DNA of 64,000 bases from Octopus vulgaris (taxonomy: Eukaryota), in NCBI GenBank assembly GCA_951406725.2, contig OX597817.1:34410001-34474000 (forward strand). Reading direction: 5' to 3'. Shown here one piece after another: positions 52,427 to 62,653 of the stretch; the first letter of the stretch is position 1; every line of letters begins with the position of its first letter. A program made the position numbers and the translations under genes. The notes below the pieces were generated by a model. It did no database searches. It saw only the letters and a list, made by a program, of their open reading frames with translations, and was not told the DNA's origin.

Positions 52427-53700
52427 CTTGTTTTTTTGTCTGCTCCTAGATCTCCTGCTTGGTTTGAAGAATCTGTCTTGCAATTTTTTTCCTTAGACTT
52501 TCTAATCACATGTCTGTAGTACTGGAGCTGTGACCTCTCAGTGTGGAGAAGTAGTGGCTTGATCTGGAAAGACTCCCTGGTCTCCAAGCTACACACCTCA
52601 TTGACTTAATGTTACTCCAGAGACCCTTGAGAGGAACCTCATTTAGCTGCTTGTATTCGCAATTGTACTCTTTTGGTCATTACTCTACATTCATGACCAT
52701 CATAGGTGAGGATAGGCACAAAAACCAAATTGAAGATAATGAATTTGATTTTTTTTTAAAATATGGAAGGAAAAAGTTTTGTTCCAAGATCTAACACCAA
52801 ATTAGGAGAGCAATTTACTTGAGTAATTACAGAGCATATATGGTATACATACCTGCCGATGCCATGTAAAAAGTAACCAGTATACTCTATAAAGTGGTTG
52901 GCATTAGGAAGGGCATCTAGCCATAGAAACCATGCCAAATCAGATAATTGGAGCTTGGTGTAGCCCTCTGGCTTGCCAACTTTTGTTAAACTGTTCAACC
53001 CATGTGAGCATAGAAAATGAATGTTAAATGATGATGATGACATGAGTAAATATGATATCATCATCATCATCGTTTAGCGTCCGCTTTCCATGCTAGCATG
53101 GGTTGGACGGTTCAACTGGGGTCTGGGAAGCCAGAAGGCTGCACCAGGCCCAGTCTGATCTGGCAATGTTTCTACGGCTGGATGCCCTTCCTAACGCCAA
53201 CCACTCCGTGAGTGTAGTGGGTGCTTTTTACGTGCCAGACGAGGCTGGCAAACGGCCACGATCGTATGGTGCTTTTTATGTGCCACCGGCACGGGGGCCA
53301 GGCGAGGCTAATAAAAAAATAATAATGAAATTATTGTATACAGTGCTCAGGTGCATCACAACTTGTCAAAAGTGCATATAAAGCATATGCAGTAATATAT
53401 TTTTACATGCAGGCATCGGTTAGAGGTTTCTAAAGATTCAGATATTTTCATGAATTTTATAGCTTATTCTTCATGCTTAGACTCCATTCTTAACTCCAAC
53501 ACTTCACTTCATGGCAAGGTGAGAAGTATATCTATTTTCTAGCCAAGCTGGAGCAATGTAAACAGTTTAACTGAAGATATAAATAGGTTGCCAAAGGCAA
53601 AGTTTTCATCATTCATCTCTAGTTTAGTAATATATGTCAAGTTCCAGTAATATTCAATTAATGTTTGTGAAAGTAAAAATATATTAACAAAAACTATTGA

Positions 53701-53737
<37 letters not shown>

Positions 53738-53907
53738 GCACAGGAGTGGCTGTGTGGTAAGTAGCTTGCTTACGAACCACATGGTTCCGGGTTCAGTCCC
53801 ACTGCGTGGCACCTTGGGCAAGTGTCTTCTACTATAGCCTCGGGCCGACCAAAGCCTTGTGAGTTGATTTGGTAGACGGAAACTGAAAGAAGCCCGTCGT
53901 ATATATG

Positions 53908-53943
<36 letters not shown>

Positions 53944-56900
53944 CGTTTGTTTGTGTGTCTGTGTTTGTCCCCCTAGCATTGCTTGACAACCGATGCTGGT
54001 GTGTTTATGTCCCCATCACTTAGCGGTTCAGCAAAAGAGACCGATAGAATAAGTACTGGGCTTACAAAGAAAAAGTCCCGGGGTCGAGTTGCTCGATTTA
54101 AGGTTGTGCTCCAGCATGGCCGCAGTCAAATGACTGAAACAAGTGAAAAGAGAGTATTAAGAAAAAGTGAAATGTGGAGATTAATATTAGCACTAATGAT
54201 TTTTGTTTTTCATTTGATACATTTTAAACTCATGTGAGAGGAAACATAGTTGGTTGAGTTAATCTTAATATACTAGTATTAATTTTATAGTCAAACTTTG
54301 GATGAAATGCCAAGTTGACTCATGCTAAAAGCATAAAACATCCACCATTGCTTACTTTATTACATCTGCCTTTGGTTTTAACATGAATTCCACACATACA
54401 ACTGTCTAGGAAATATTTACTAAGAATCTTTATCATCATCATCCACTTTTCCATGCTTGTTGGGTTCAGGGTGATGATAGATTTTGTATGGCCAGATGCC
54501 TTCCTGTTGCCATTCCAAGCAAAGGAATAAAACCCTTGTCTGTCAAACAACAAACAGCCTGGACATATTTACAAGCCTTTTTGCTTACAAAGATTGCACA
54601 ATATTTCGAGATGTATCAAGAAACTCAGATATGCTTTTGTGGTTGACTGGAAGCATACAACACCGCCTTTATTGATAGTGAAGCTGTTGCTTTTGATTAG
54701 GAGAAACTCACTCCTACAAGCATGCACTGCCTATGCCAGTATGAAATGTGGATGTTAAATGATGATATTAGGAGTATTTGTATCTGATAGGTTTCTTATT
54801 TCTTTATTGCCCTCAAGGGGCTAAACAAGGACAGACAAAGGGATTAAGTCGATTACATTGACCCCAGTGCGTAACTGGTATTTAATTTATCAACCCTGAA
54901 AGGATGAAAGGCAAAGTTGACCTCGATGGAATTTGAACTCAGAATAGAATGGCAGACGAAATACCTATTTCTTTATTACCCACAAGGGGCTCAACACAGA
55001 AGGGACAAACAAGGACAGACAAATGGATTAAGTCGATTATATCGACCCCAGTGCGTAACTGGTACTTATTTAATTGACCCCAAAAGGATGAAAGGCAAAG
55101 TTGACTCCGGTGGAATTTGAACTCAGAACGTAACAGCAGACGAAATACTGCTAAGCATTTCGCCCGGTGTGCTAATGTTTCTGCCAGCTTGCCGCTTCTT
55201 CAGTTTCTGTCTACCAATTTCACTCATGAGGTACTGGTCATCAGTACCTAATGCCACTCACACAGTGGGACTGAACTTTTTAACCACATGTCCATGCCTG
55301 CATGTAAAAAATTATCTTTTGGTGGACTTAACCAGCAAGATCTTTTTTGCAATGTTCATTTCTTTATTTGCAAACAATTCATTGAAAAAAAGAAAACCTT
55401 AAGTTAGGAAAATACTTTTACAATTGTAACTTATACTGCGACTGTTACTAATGTTGTTGTTTCTCTTTTGTATTTCTAGGACTCCACTTGGCATAGGCCA
55501 ACAACAAGTATGTACAGTAGATTCAGCCATCATTCAAACTAGTTCTCCGAAAATTGGAACTTCAAATACCTCAGTGTAAGAACACAATTATGTTTTCCAA
55601 TATCTTTGTTTGTGTGTGTGTGTGATGTTCCGTCCCGAATTGTGTATACAATGCAACCTCTGTTTCAACTCTTTCTCTACCAGTCACATCTGACAAAACA
55701 AGGAGATTCCAATAATGGGTAAACCAGCAGATAATTTGTGGTTTGGACAGTTCCACAGTCACAGAAAGTGGATTCATCATCATCATCATCATCATCATTT
55801 AACGTCCGTTTTCTGTGCTAGCACGGGTTGGACAGTTTGACTGGGGTCTGGGAAGCCAGGAGGCTGCACCAGGCTCCAGTCTGATCTGGCAGTGTTTCTA
55901 CAGCTGGATGCCCTTCCTAATGCCAACCACTCCGTGAGTGTAGTGGGTGCTTTTTACATGCCACCGGCACAGGGGCCAGGGGAGACTGGCAGCAGCCACG
56001 ATCGGTTGGTGCTTTTTACGTGCCACCGGCACAGAAGCCAGTCAAGGCGGCGCTAGCATCGGCCATTTTCGGATGCTGCTTTTTACGTGCCAGCGGCACA
56101 GGTCAATATTTTGTTCCATTTCACTTTGGTATCCCTGGTTAGACCAAGTCCAACAATATTTCCACTCTTTCAATCTAATTTTATCCATAAAAAAACAAAA
56201 CTGGATATAGAAAGAAACATGCTATGAGATCTACAGCTGTTGAAGTCTACAGGAGATTAGTCTAATGTTCATAGGGTAAATGTTTTATATTCCATTGCTG
56301 ACACTAGAGTATATGTGGAAGAAACATCACACTCTCAGTGGTATTGTTCACTCTATTACAACAAGGAAAACCTATTACAACATGAGAGCCTTTACAGGGT
56401 TGCATGACTTACTAGAATTAGCAACCTAATCTCATGAATCACACTCTACCATCTTAAATATGGAAAAGGCATGTTGGATAATGTACTTCCTGACACATTC
56501 TTAAAAAGATAGGTTGGTTACAGCTTAGGGCTAAGCTGGGGCTACATATCCAATATCCTATTAGGAAAGATAATCATGTAATCAATCTATATAGCTGACC
56601 GTTGGAGAGTTGTTGTGAACATGGTTTCATCATCATCGTTTAACGTCTGCTTTCCATGCCAGCATGGGTTGGATGATTTGACTGAGGACTGGCGAACCAG
56701 ATGGCTGCACCAGGCTCCAATCTGATGGTTTATCTTTCACAAAACAACACAACTTTACTAACGTCATCAGTTGTCCAAATAATTGAATGTTTTGATCAAA
56801 AGCATTCAAACTGTGACCACCCAATCTTTTTATGTAAGCAGGGTTCACACCATTTGGAGTTGTGGCTCCTATTTCAAACAAGCCACATGACTGCAAAGAG

Positions 56901-59900
56901 TTTTTTTTTTTATATATATAAGTTGATTAGATATTGCAGTGGTACAATGAATGTTCAATATTCCTACCTTCCTAGCCTATATAATTTACTAAATGCTAAC
57001 TTTTGTCATATTAAAAGAAACTGAGTCAAACTTTGTCTTGTTCTTAAGCTACAACCATAAACATATGCTTGGGGTAGCCTTTTCTATTAAAGAGTTGTTT
57101 TCTTTCAGGTCATCTGCTAGCAGTCTCAATTCTCCTACATCTGTGACTGTTCCTTCACCATCCATTAACCAGAAACCACCGTCAGAAACATCGGAACCTG
57201 TATTTCAAGTTAGTTTGTACTTCTTTAATTTTTTTTCCTTCTCCCTGCCCATAGTATTTTTCTAGTCTTTGTAAACCCTTTGTACTTAAGGGCCATGTCT
57301 CACTCACATGTAGCATTTCATTTCACCTACAACCATCATCAATGCTCTTCACCTTGTTGGAAAAGCCCTTTATTGCCAGCAGAAGTCTTAACTCTGAACG
57401 TTTTCCTACTTGTTCTGCTTCTAGAGCAAATCTCTATACTAATCAGTTCACCTACATAGCAGAAATTATTGACTTCTTCTAGGGAGCCTTGTAAGCTGTT
57501 GAAAGAATCTATTTCCTATTTGCTTTTCATACTGTATACCTGTCCCATATGTATGCATCCTTTTGCTGCTGACTTACCTATGATTCCTCCACATCTCTTG
57601 TATGTCCACTGTTTATACTAATTATGCCAATTCCTTCTCAACCTATTGAGCACAATCATTTCCTCGATGGCAGCAAATTCTTATCTTTTTTCCCATTTAG
57701 TATAACTTAACCTATTCATGCCATATTCCTGCTATAGTGGGAATAGGTTAAACATTATCTCTGCCAGATTCCTGGTAAAGCAGTAATGAACAACATGCAT
57801 AGAAACAGATGCAACTGATTCTGTCCATTAGTTTGCCTGTAATTGTTACTCTTGTGTTGTCATCATCATCATCATCATCATTTAACGTCCGTTTTCCATG
57901 CTAGCATGGGCTGGACGGTTCAACCGGGGTCTGGGGAGCCAGGAGGCTGCACCAGGCTCCAGTCTGATCTGGCAGTGTTTCTACAGCTGGATGCCCTTCC
58001 TAATACCAACCACTCCATGAGTGTAGTGGGTGCTTTTTACGTGTCACCAGGCGCAGGGGCCAGAGGAGGCTGGCAAATGGCCACGTTCGGTTGGTACTTT
58101 TTACGTGTCACCGGCACGGACGCCAGTCAAGGCGGCGCTGGCATCGGCCACGTTCGGATGGTGCTTTTTATGTTCCACCAGCACAGGTATCACAACTATA
58201 ATTGTTGTATATGCAACATTTTAATTTTTTTTTTTTTTTGCTCAGGAGTCCAGGCGGAGGGTAAAGTTAGACACTGGGGCTCAGGTCTGAGAGGGTTAAC
58301 TCTTGGTTAAGTTTACTTTAAGGTTCTTTCAGATTTTGCTTCTATGCCTGAGTAAAATACCATTACCAGTTTGATAATTTTTACTATTGTGACTGTTTTT
58401 TTTTTACAAGTTGATTTGTAGTTTGTTATTAAAAGAAAGTTGTATGTATGCTAAATATTTCTGACTTGATCTATTTCCTTTCTTCTGTAGGCTCTTACAG
58501 GGGAAGCAACTGCTCAAGATGTCACGACATGGTTACATCAAAATAGATTTGTCAGTTATGTGCGCTTATTCCAAAATTTTTCAGGTAAAAAAAAAAGCTT
58601 TTATTCTTGAACTTTCTTTATGATTATGTTTAGTAAACCATACACACAAGACAATATAAAAAGGTTATGCCTACAATTCACCATCAACACTACAAGTCCC
58701 CACATCATCATCATCATCATCATCGTTTAACGCCTGCTTTCCATGCTGGCATGGGTTGGACGGTTTCATTGAGGACTGGCGAACCAGATGGCTGCACCAT
58801 GCTCCAATCTGATCTGGCAGAATTTCTACAGCTGGATGCCCTTCCTAACACCAACCACTTCGAGAGTGTAGTAGGTGCTTTTACATGCCAATGGCACAAG
58901 GGCCAGTCAAGCGGTACTGGCAGTGGCCATGCTCAAATGGTGCTTTTACATGCCACCTGTACAGGAGCCAGTCCAGCGGCACTGGCAACAACCTCACTCG
59001 AATGTTGTTTTTTATGTGCCACTGGCACAAGTGCTGAATGCATGCATAGTTGTGTAGTTACAAGGAAACAGTCCTGGCTTATGGTATTTATATACATACA
59101 CACATCCAATACCTTGTGAGATAATATGGTAGGCAGAAACTGTTTAGAAGTCAATATTAGAGGAGATCTTGTCATCATAAAATTTTATATGGCAGTTACT
59201 ATTAAGATATTGTTTACTCAGTTATCTTGAGATCTGAATAAAATTGCAAGACTTCCCATTATAATATCTGGCCTATACGATGAAGATAGTAAATCAAAAC
59301 TACCTTAATCATAGAGACATAATGATGATGCTATAGCAGTGATAATGACACTACAGGATGCACTGTATAACAAGGTGCACTAGATTTCTTTTGTGAATAA
59401 CCTCTGTTTTTAGATGCAACTAATATAGATGCTACATCATGCCAGTGCTATGTAAAAAGTGCCTGTGTAGACACTACATAAAGAGAGCTGTGCCAGTGCC
59501 GTGTAAAAACGGAACTGATGTTGACATCACATAAAAAAACACCCAGTACACTCTGTAATGTGGTTGGCATTAGGAAGGGCATTTAGCTGTAGAAATCAAG
59601 CTAAAACGGACAACTGGAACCTGGTGCAGCTCTTCAGCTTGCCAGCTCCTGTTAAACTGTCCAATCCATGCCAGCATGGAAAACAGACATTAATTGATGA
59701 TAAGGAATGGGTTGGATGAATCTCACAACATCTAGACACTCATTGTGATCTTTCATCAACCAGACAGCAACAGACAAAACTAACCATTTTTGATGTATGT
59801 CATGTTTATACAGCTTGGTGGATCCATTCTCTTGTTGAAATATATATGTAATGTATCATCATCAACAACTTTGTTTAATGGTTGGATAGATGTTGGTGAG

Positions 59901-62191
59901 CTCCAGTGTCTACCAAGGCATGTTTTCTGTAGCTGGATGCCATTTCTAATGTCAACCACTTCAGAGAGTGTGTTGAATGCTTTGTACATAATGTTGGTAC
60001 TAGTGAGATCATCAAGAAACTCAATATCTTAATTTTTTAACTTTTTTGTAAATTATGTAATAGTTACTAGTGTTTATTGTATAACAAAAGACAATTGTGT
60101 ATTAAAGTACCTCAAAGATCTTTTTCTGTTTTATTTTACAGGTGCTGATCTTCTTCGCTTATCAAGGGACGATCTTATACAGATATGTGGCCTGGCAGAT
60201 GGCATTAGATTGAATAATGCATTACAAGCCAAGTATGACAAGATTTTGTTTAATTTTGCATATTCGTTTATCTCAACACCACCTCCATCATCACTACTAT
60301 TGTCATAAGTGACATTATTACAGTTTCCAGTGTCTGAATGAAATACCATGATCAGTGTAATCAAATATATCTTCCCTTGTAATTTTGTTTTCATTACCCT
60401 ACCTAGACATTCCTTGATTTAAATATTTCACCAACTGTCTAACTATAACAGTTGCAGCAGTTCTTTTTACTCTGTGCTTGGCTTGTCTTCCCATTTACAT
60501 TTTCTTCTTCTAAGTAACACAAATTCTGACTTTCATGTCTGAACTTATGTCTGCTACATAGTCAGTCATACAGTATCTTTTGTAACAACTGAAATATTTC
60601 TGTTCAGGAATGGTGGTGCTTCATTACTGAATAAATAGTTCTGTTTTAGTAATGAAAGGTCCCCTCGTAATATACTATCATTTTGGATGTTAGTTTCCTT
60701 TTCCCTGAGCCCTGTTCCTATAAGCACTTACATAGATCTCTAGGTATTGCAAAGTTTGACTAAAATGATTTCAGATATTGATTACCTCTAGCTTAGTCCT
60801 AATTAACCAGATCTTCCTTTTTAAAGTGATAGAATATGATTTGTTTAAGATTTAACTATTATTTCTAGCAGATCAAGTGATCATGTAGAGCAGTCCTAGC
60901 CAACTTGAATTACATTGCAGGCCACTTTAATCACAGAAAGTTTTTTGAGGGCTGCTTGTATACTGACAGAATTGAAAGCACTTTGCTTTCTCATGCTATT
61001 ATACAATAATGATTGAATGACTGTTCATTCAACCTGAAATATTATCGTTGCAAAAACAGTAGTACTTTTCTTTTTTACTTTTCATTACAATCTTTAATTT
61101 TTGATAAAATTTTTAAAATGTTTGTTTAAATAAACCCAGGTCAAGAAAGTATCAAGTGGGCTGCAAGATAAAAGTCTGTGGGCCGCATGTGGCCCATGAC
61201 CTCAGGTGGCTACCCTTGATGTAGTGGCTCCCTTTTGGTTTATCATTCTCAATGCATTGATTACTATGAAAAAGCAATATGGTACAGAAGAGTACTTAAT
61301 TCTGTATGATCTGTAAACTAATATAAGTTCTGCTTATTTCAATTTCATTCATCTTTTTATTGAATAATTGTCCTTGTTCTTTCTCTTTCAGATGTGTCAG
61401 GCCTAGATTAACGATATATGTTTGTCAGGAGGGGGACCATGGTAAGTATATTTTGTTGTTTAACCTGGTATCAGTACTGATCTTAGTAGACCCATGATCA
61501 GATGCATTCCAGCTATGGTCACACTATTTTTTCCTACCCTAGTAAACCTCAGCTTACATAAGCCAATGAATATCCTTTTTAAATGATGCTAGAGTGTGAC
61601 TTATTTATTTATTTTGCATCATGCTTTGTGGCCAGTTGTGTCATTGGTTTATAGGTTTCCATGAGGTCAGTATTGTCTGCACAGCTCAAAGTTTGGTGAA
61701 TAAAATGCAAGTAAGTAACAAGGATGTCCAAGTATTAATGCATTATGGCTGTTTATATATATACACACATACACACACACACACAGAATAATAAAATGAG
61801 AAGTTACATTGCGGAACTGTTATTTTAACGAGTTGTGTCTATTTATTTCCTGATGAGATACATCTGCACCACTGGGTGTTCCTGAACCAGTTGCTGAGTG
61901 CCCCACCAATGAGGGATCAATGCTAAGTGTGTTGAAACAATTGTCGTGATTAATAATAAATGCTCGTATATTCCATCTTCTGTCATTCATTTGCCATATA
62001 TATATATATATATATATATAGGCGCAGGAGTGGTTGTGTGGTAAGTAGTTTGTTTACCAACCACATGGTTCCGGGTTCAGTCCCACTGCGTGGCACCTTG
62101 GGTAAGTGTCTTCTGCTATAGCCTCGGGCCGACCAAAGCCTTGTGAGTGGATTTGGTAGATGGAAACTGAAAGAAGCCTGTCGTATATATG

Positions 62192-62224
<33 letters not shown>

Positions 62225-62653
62225 ATATGTTTGTGTGTCTGTGTTTGTCCCCCCACCATCGCTTGACAACTGATGCTGGTGTGTTTACGTCCCCGTCACT
62301 TAGCGGTTCGGCAAAAAGAGACCGATAGAATAAGTACTGGGCTTACAAAGAATAAGTCCTGGGGTCGATTTGCTCGACTATAAAGGTGGTGCTCCAGCAT
62401 GGCCGCAGTCAAATGACTGAAACAGCCATCTTTTCATAATAAACTCTGTATCATGCAGTATATAGAAATGTAGAGATAACTCTTGTATAAAATGTTTTAA
62501 TCTTTTTCAGTTTATCATGCAGTATTCCTTGATAATCTAACCTCAAGGGAAATCAAACAGAAGTTAGCTGATCTCTTCACTTTAGAATTCCATAAAATTT
62601 CAGAAATACTTTGGCAAGGACCTTCAGGAATCCACATAGTTTTAAATGATGAG
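6238..62653 (+). CDS. TFCP2: CP2/LSF family transcription factor (TFCP2/UBP1/gemini-like), 16 coding exons, 3' end incomplete in window
   Basis: Manual splice join(6238..6407,6836..6886,31942..32018,34612..34679,38322..38427,39839..40092,41488..41556,44274..44315,47172..47246,51200..51303,55480..55575,57109..57208,58491..58584,60142..60232,61392..61441,62511..62653) = 1590 nt, open frame. Family motifs: [129 protein letters not shown]. The N-terminus and SAM region are LSF-type rather than Grainyhead-type. Confidence 0.95.
6836..6886 (+). CDS. TFCP2: TFCP2-like coding exon 2 ([17 protein letters not shown])
   Basis: Acceptor ttcttcag, donor GG|GTAAGT; LALPVFKQE motif. Confidence 0.93.
9300..11290 (+). 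mobile_element. Heavily decayed CR1/L2/Jockey-group LINE RT region
   Basis: Residual motifs [30 protein letters not shown]; interrupted by a SINE. Confidence 0.6.
10709..10927 (-). mobile_element. SINE family A inserted into a LINE
   Basis: Exact 15-bp TSD TACTGTCTCCATTTT (10694-10708 and 10928-10942). Confidence 0.85.
13437..13825 (-). mobile_element. SINE family B, reverse orientation
   Basis: Other - copies at ~21487-21907, 22993-23365, 28490-28640, 28808-29207, 31165-31358. Confidence 0.85.
14520..15385 (-). mobile_element. RTE-clade LINE 3' fragment
   Basis: ORF 14923..15255: [38 protein letters not shown]. Confidence 0.85.
16384..16724. repeat. ~95-bp inverted repeat arms (Penelope-type inverted pLTR)
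   Basis: ~16384-16480 is the near-perfect reverse complement of ~16628-16724. Confidence 0.85.
16520..16583 (-). ncRNA. Minimal type-I hammerhead ribozyme motif
   Basis: Minus strand CAC-CTGATGA-ATGACTGT...ACAGCCAT-GAAA-TGATCG-TA-GTG. Confidence 0.65.
18255..18483 (-). mobile_element. SINE family D (tRNA-like head, TTCTTGAGCAA core)
   Basis: Related copies at ~19330-19682 and ~21178-21470. Confidence 0.65.
19269..20311. mobile_element. hAT-like MITE split by two SINEs
   Basis: CAGAGGTTCTCAACCA ... TGGTTGAGAACC termini; TSD not preserved. Confidence 0.55.
20355..20746 (+). mobile_element. Non-autonomous Helitron
   Basis: A|TC...CTAG|T ends with subterminal CCCGAGCAACGCCGAG hairpin-like motif; no TSD. 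Confidence 0.75.
22140..22690 (-). mobile_element. Decayed RLE-type non-LTR retrotransposon (R4/Dong-like): zinc knuckle and PD-type endonuclease
   Basis: [42 protein letters not shown], with frameshifts. Confidence 0.75.
24475..24862 (-). mobile_element. Non-autonomous Helitron
   Basis: Same 3' end (…GAGCGATACTGCTAG) on the minus strand, TC start. Confidence 0.7.
25590..26037. repeat. Local direct duplication, ~180-bp unit, 260-bp period
   Basis: 25590-25767 is similar to 25850-26037. Confidence 0.85.
26617..27003 (+). pseudogene. Penelope-like element GIY-YIG endonuclease remnant (Neptune-like)
   Basis: [54 protein letters not shown], with two in-frame stops. Confidence 0.8.
27213..27296 (+). 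ncRNA. Minimal type-I hammerhead ribozyme motif (Penelope pLTR)
   Basis: ACATC-CTGATGA-[stem II]-GAAA-CGGCCTG-TA-GATGT, with a 5-bp stem I. Confidence 0.7.
30082..30302. mobile_element. TTAA-targeting (piggyBac-type) MITE
   Basis: TTAA|CCCTTTAG...CTAAAGGG|TTAA. Siblings at ~27370-27585, 30852-31063, 41802-42020; a second family at ~7491-8001, 17520-17678, 37207-37423. Confidence 0.8.
31942..32018 (+). CDS. TFCP2: TFCP2-like coding exon 3 ([25 protein letters not shown])
   Basis: Acceptor tttttttcag, donor G|GTAAAT; start of the CP2 domain. Confidence 0.96.
34612..34679 (+). CDS. TFCP2: TFCP2-like coding exon 4 ([23 protein letters not shown])
   Basis: Acceptor tttttctag, donor CGG|GTATGT; phase 1 to 0. 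Confidence 0.95.
35458..35985 (+). mobile_element. Penelope-like element 3' remnant
   Basis: [14 protein letters not shown]...[17 protein letters not shown] (GIY-YIG C-terminus), followed by a pyrimidine-rich tail and a decayed hammerhead. Confidence 0.7.
38322..38427 (+). CDS. TFCP2: TFCP2-like coding exon 5 ([35 protein letters not shown])
   Basis: Poly-T/gcag acceptor, G|GTGAGT donor; lies within ORF 38316..38507. Confidence 0.96.
38470..38810 (-). mobile_element. RTE-clade LINE 3' fragment
   Basis: [18 protein letters not shown]...RRARGRQR...DRNKW. Confidence 0.75.
39056..39450 (+). mobile_element. SINE family A, 5'-truncated dimer
   Basis: TSD AAGACTTTTGCTAGA at 39041 and 39451. Confidence 0.85.
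39839..40092 (+). CDS. TFCP2: TFCP2-like coding exon 6 (DIPLSYG...ASCQVKVFK)
   Basis: Core CP2 domain, [25 protein letters not shown]; ttctag acceptor, AAG|GTAAGA donor. Confidence 0.97.
40567..40639 (-). pseudogene. tRNA-like sequence (decayed; GGA at the anticodon position)
   Basis: GGCGGTT-TA-GCTT/AAGC D arm, TCTAA/TTGGA stem, GTTCAAAC T loop; acceptor stem mostly G-U. Confidence 0.5.
40860..41460 (+). mobile_element. Three tandem SINE family A copies separated by (TTA)n tails
   Basis: Repeated family A cores with ATT microsatellite spacers. Confidence 0.8.
41488..41556 (+). CDS. TFCP2: TFCP2-like coding exon 7 ([23 protein letters not shown])
   Basis: tccttag acceptor, AAA|GTAAGG donor; KGADRK DNA-recognition motif. 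Confidence 0.96.
41802..42020. mobile_element. TTAA-targeting MITE inserted in the tail of a family C element
   Basis: TTAA duplicated at 41798 and 42021; family C sequence continues on both sides. Confidence 0.8.
43295..43513. mobile_element. hAT (Charlie-like) MITE
   Basis: TIR CAGTG(G/C)TTTTCAA with exact 8-bp TSD ATCTAGAC. Confidence 0.9.
44274..44315 (+). CDS. TFCP2: TFCP2-like coding exon 8 ([14 protein letters not shown])
   Basis: ttgcag acceptor, GAG|GTTAGC donor; matches the family motif [14 protein letters not shown]. Confidence 0.95.
47172..47246 (+). CDS. TFCP2: TFCP2-like exon 9, putative cassette ([25 protein letters not shown])
   Basis: tttcttgtag acceptor, GAG|GTAAGC donor, 75 nt, phase 0-0, open frame. 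No homology support. Confidence 0.7.
51200..51303 (+). CDS. TFCP2: TFCP2-like exon 10 ([34 protein letters not shown])
   Basis: tctcttaacag acceptor, AG|GTTAGT donor; Ser-rich linker; phase fits the next exon. Confidence 0.8.
51590..52013 (+). mobile_element. RTE-type LINE 3' end, CpG-rich
   Basis: [49 protein letters not shown]. Confidence 0.85.
52238..52341. repeat. Long near-perfect palindrome (39-bp perfect arms, 11-nt loop)
   Basis: 52246-52284 is the exact reverse complement of 52296-52334; the stem extends 7 bp past a single bulge. Confidence 0.95.
52423..52720 (-). mobile_element. Decayed RTE-clade LINE fragment
   Basis: [21 protein letters not shown] resembles the RTE EPLLL.IERSQLRW.GH motif. 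Confidence 0.65.
53737..54155 (+). mobile_element. SINE family B
   Basis: Full-length copy next to a (TA)n tract. Confidence 0.85.
54795..55195 (-). mobile_element. SINE family A dimer
   Basis: Reverse-complement match to family A. Confidence 0.8.
55480..55575 (+). CDS. TFCP2: TFCP2-like exon 11 ([31 protein letters not shown])
   Basis: Strong pyrimidine tract and tttctag acceptor, GT|GTAAGA donor; 96 nt, phase 2-2. Confidence 0.75.
57109..57208 (+). CDS. TFCP2: TFCP2-like exon 12 ([33 protein letters not shown])
   Basis: tctttcag acceptor, CAA|GTTAGT donor; Ser/Pro-rich linker; phase 2 to 0. Confidence 0.82.
58491..58584 (+). CDS. TFCP2: TFCP2-like exon 13 ([31 protein letters not shown])
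   Basis: Start of the SAM-like domain; ttctgtag acceptor, CAG|GTAAAA donor. Confidence 0.95.
60142..60232 (+). CDS. TFCP2: TFCP2-like exon 14 ([30 protein letters not shown])
   Basis: SAM-like domain; ttttacag acceptor, AA|GTATGA donor. Confidence 0.96.
60891..61218. mobile_element. Decayed hAT MITE
   Basis: 8-bp TSD ATGTAGAG/ATGTAGTG; internal GGGCCGCATGTGGCCC. Confidence 0.6.
61392..61441 (+). CDS. TFCP2: TFCP2-like exon 15 ([16 protein letters not shown])
   Basis: [11 protein letters not shown] motif; tctttcag acceptor, G|GTAAGT donor. Confidence 0.95.
61845..61950 (+). ncRNA. Minimal type-I hammerhead ribozyme motif (solo Penelope-like pLTR)
   Basis: CTGATGA-GATACAT...GTGTGTT-GAAA-CAATTG-TC-GTGAT, followed by AATAAA. 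Confidence 0.65.
62021..62423 (+). mobile_element. SINE family B
   Basis: Full-length copy next to a (TA)n tract. Confidence 0.85.
62511..62653 (+). CDS. TFCP2: TFCP2-like exon 16 ([10 protein letters not shown]...[12 protein letters not shown])
   Basis: Family C-terminal domain motifs; tttttcag acceptor, GAG|GTAAAC donor. Confidence 0.95.

Noticed and set aside
6238-62653. Assignment as Grainyhead (GRH/GRHL)
   Set aside because: The N-terminal DFD/LALP motifs, KGADRK and the SAM-like region match the LSF/TFCP2 subfamily.
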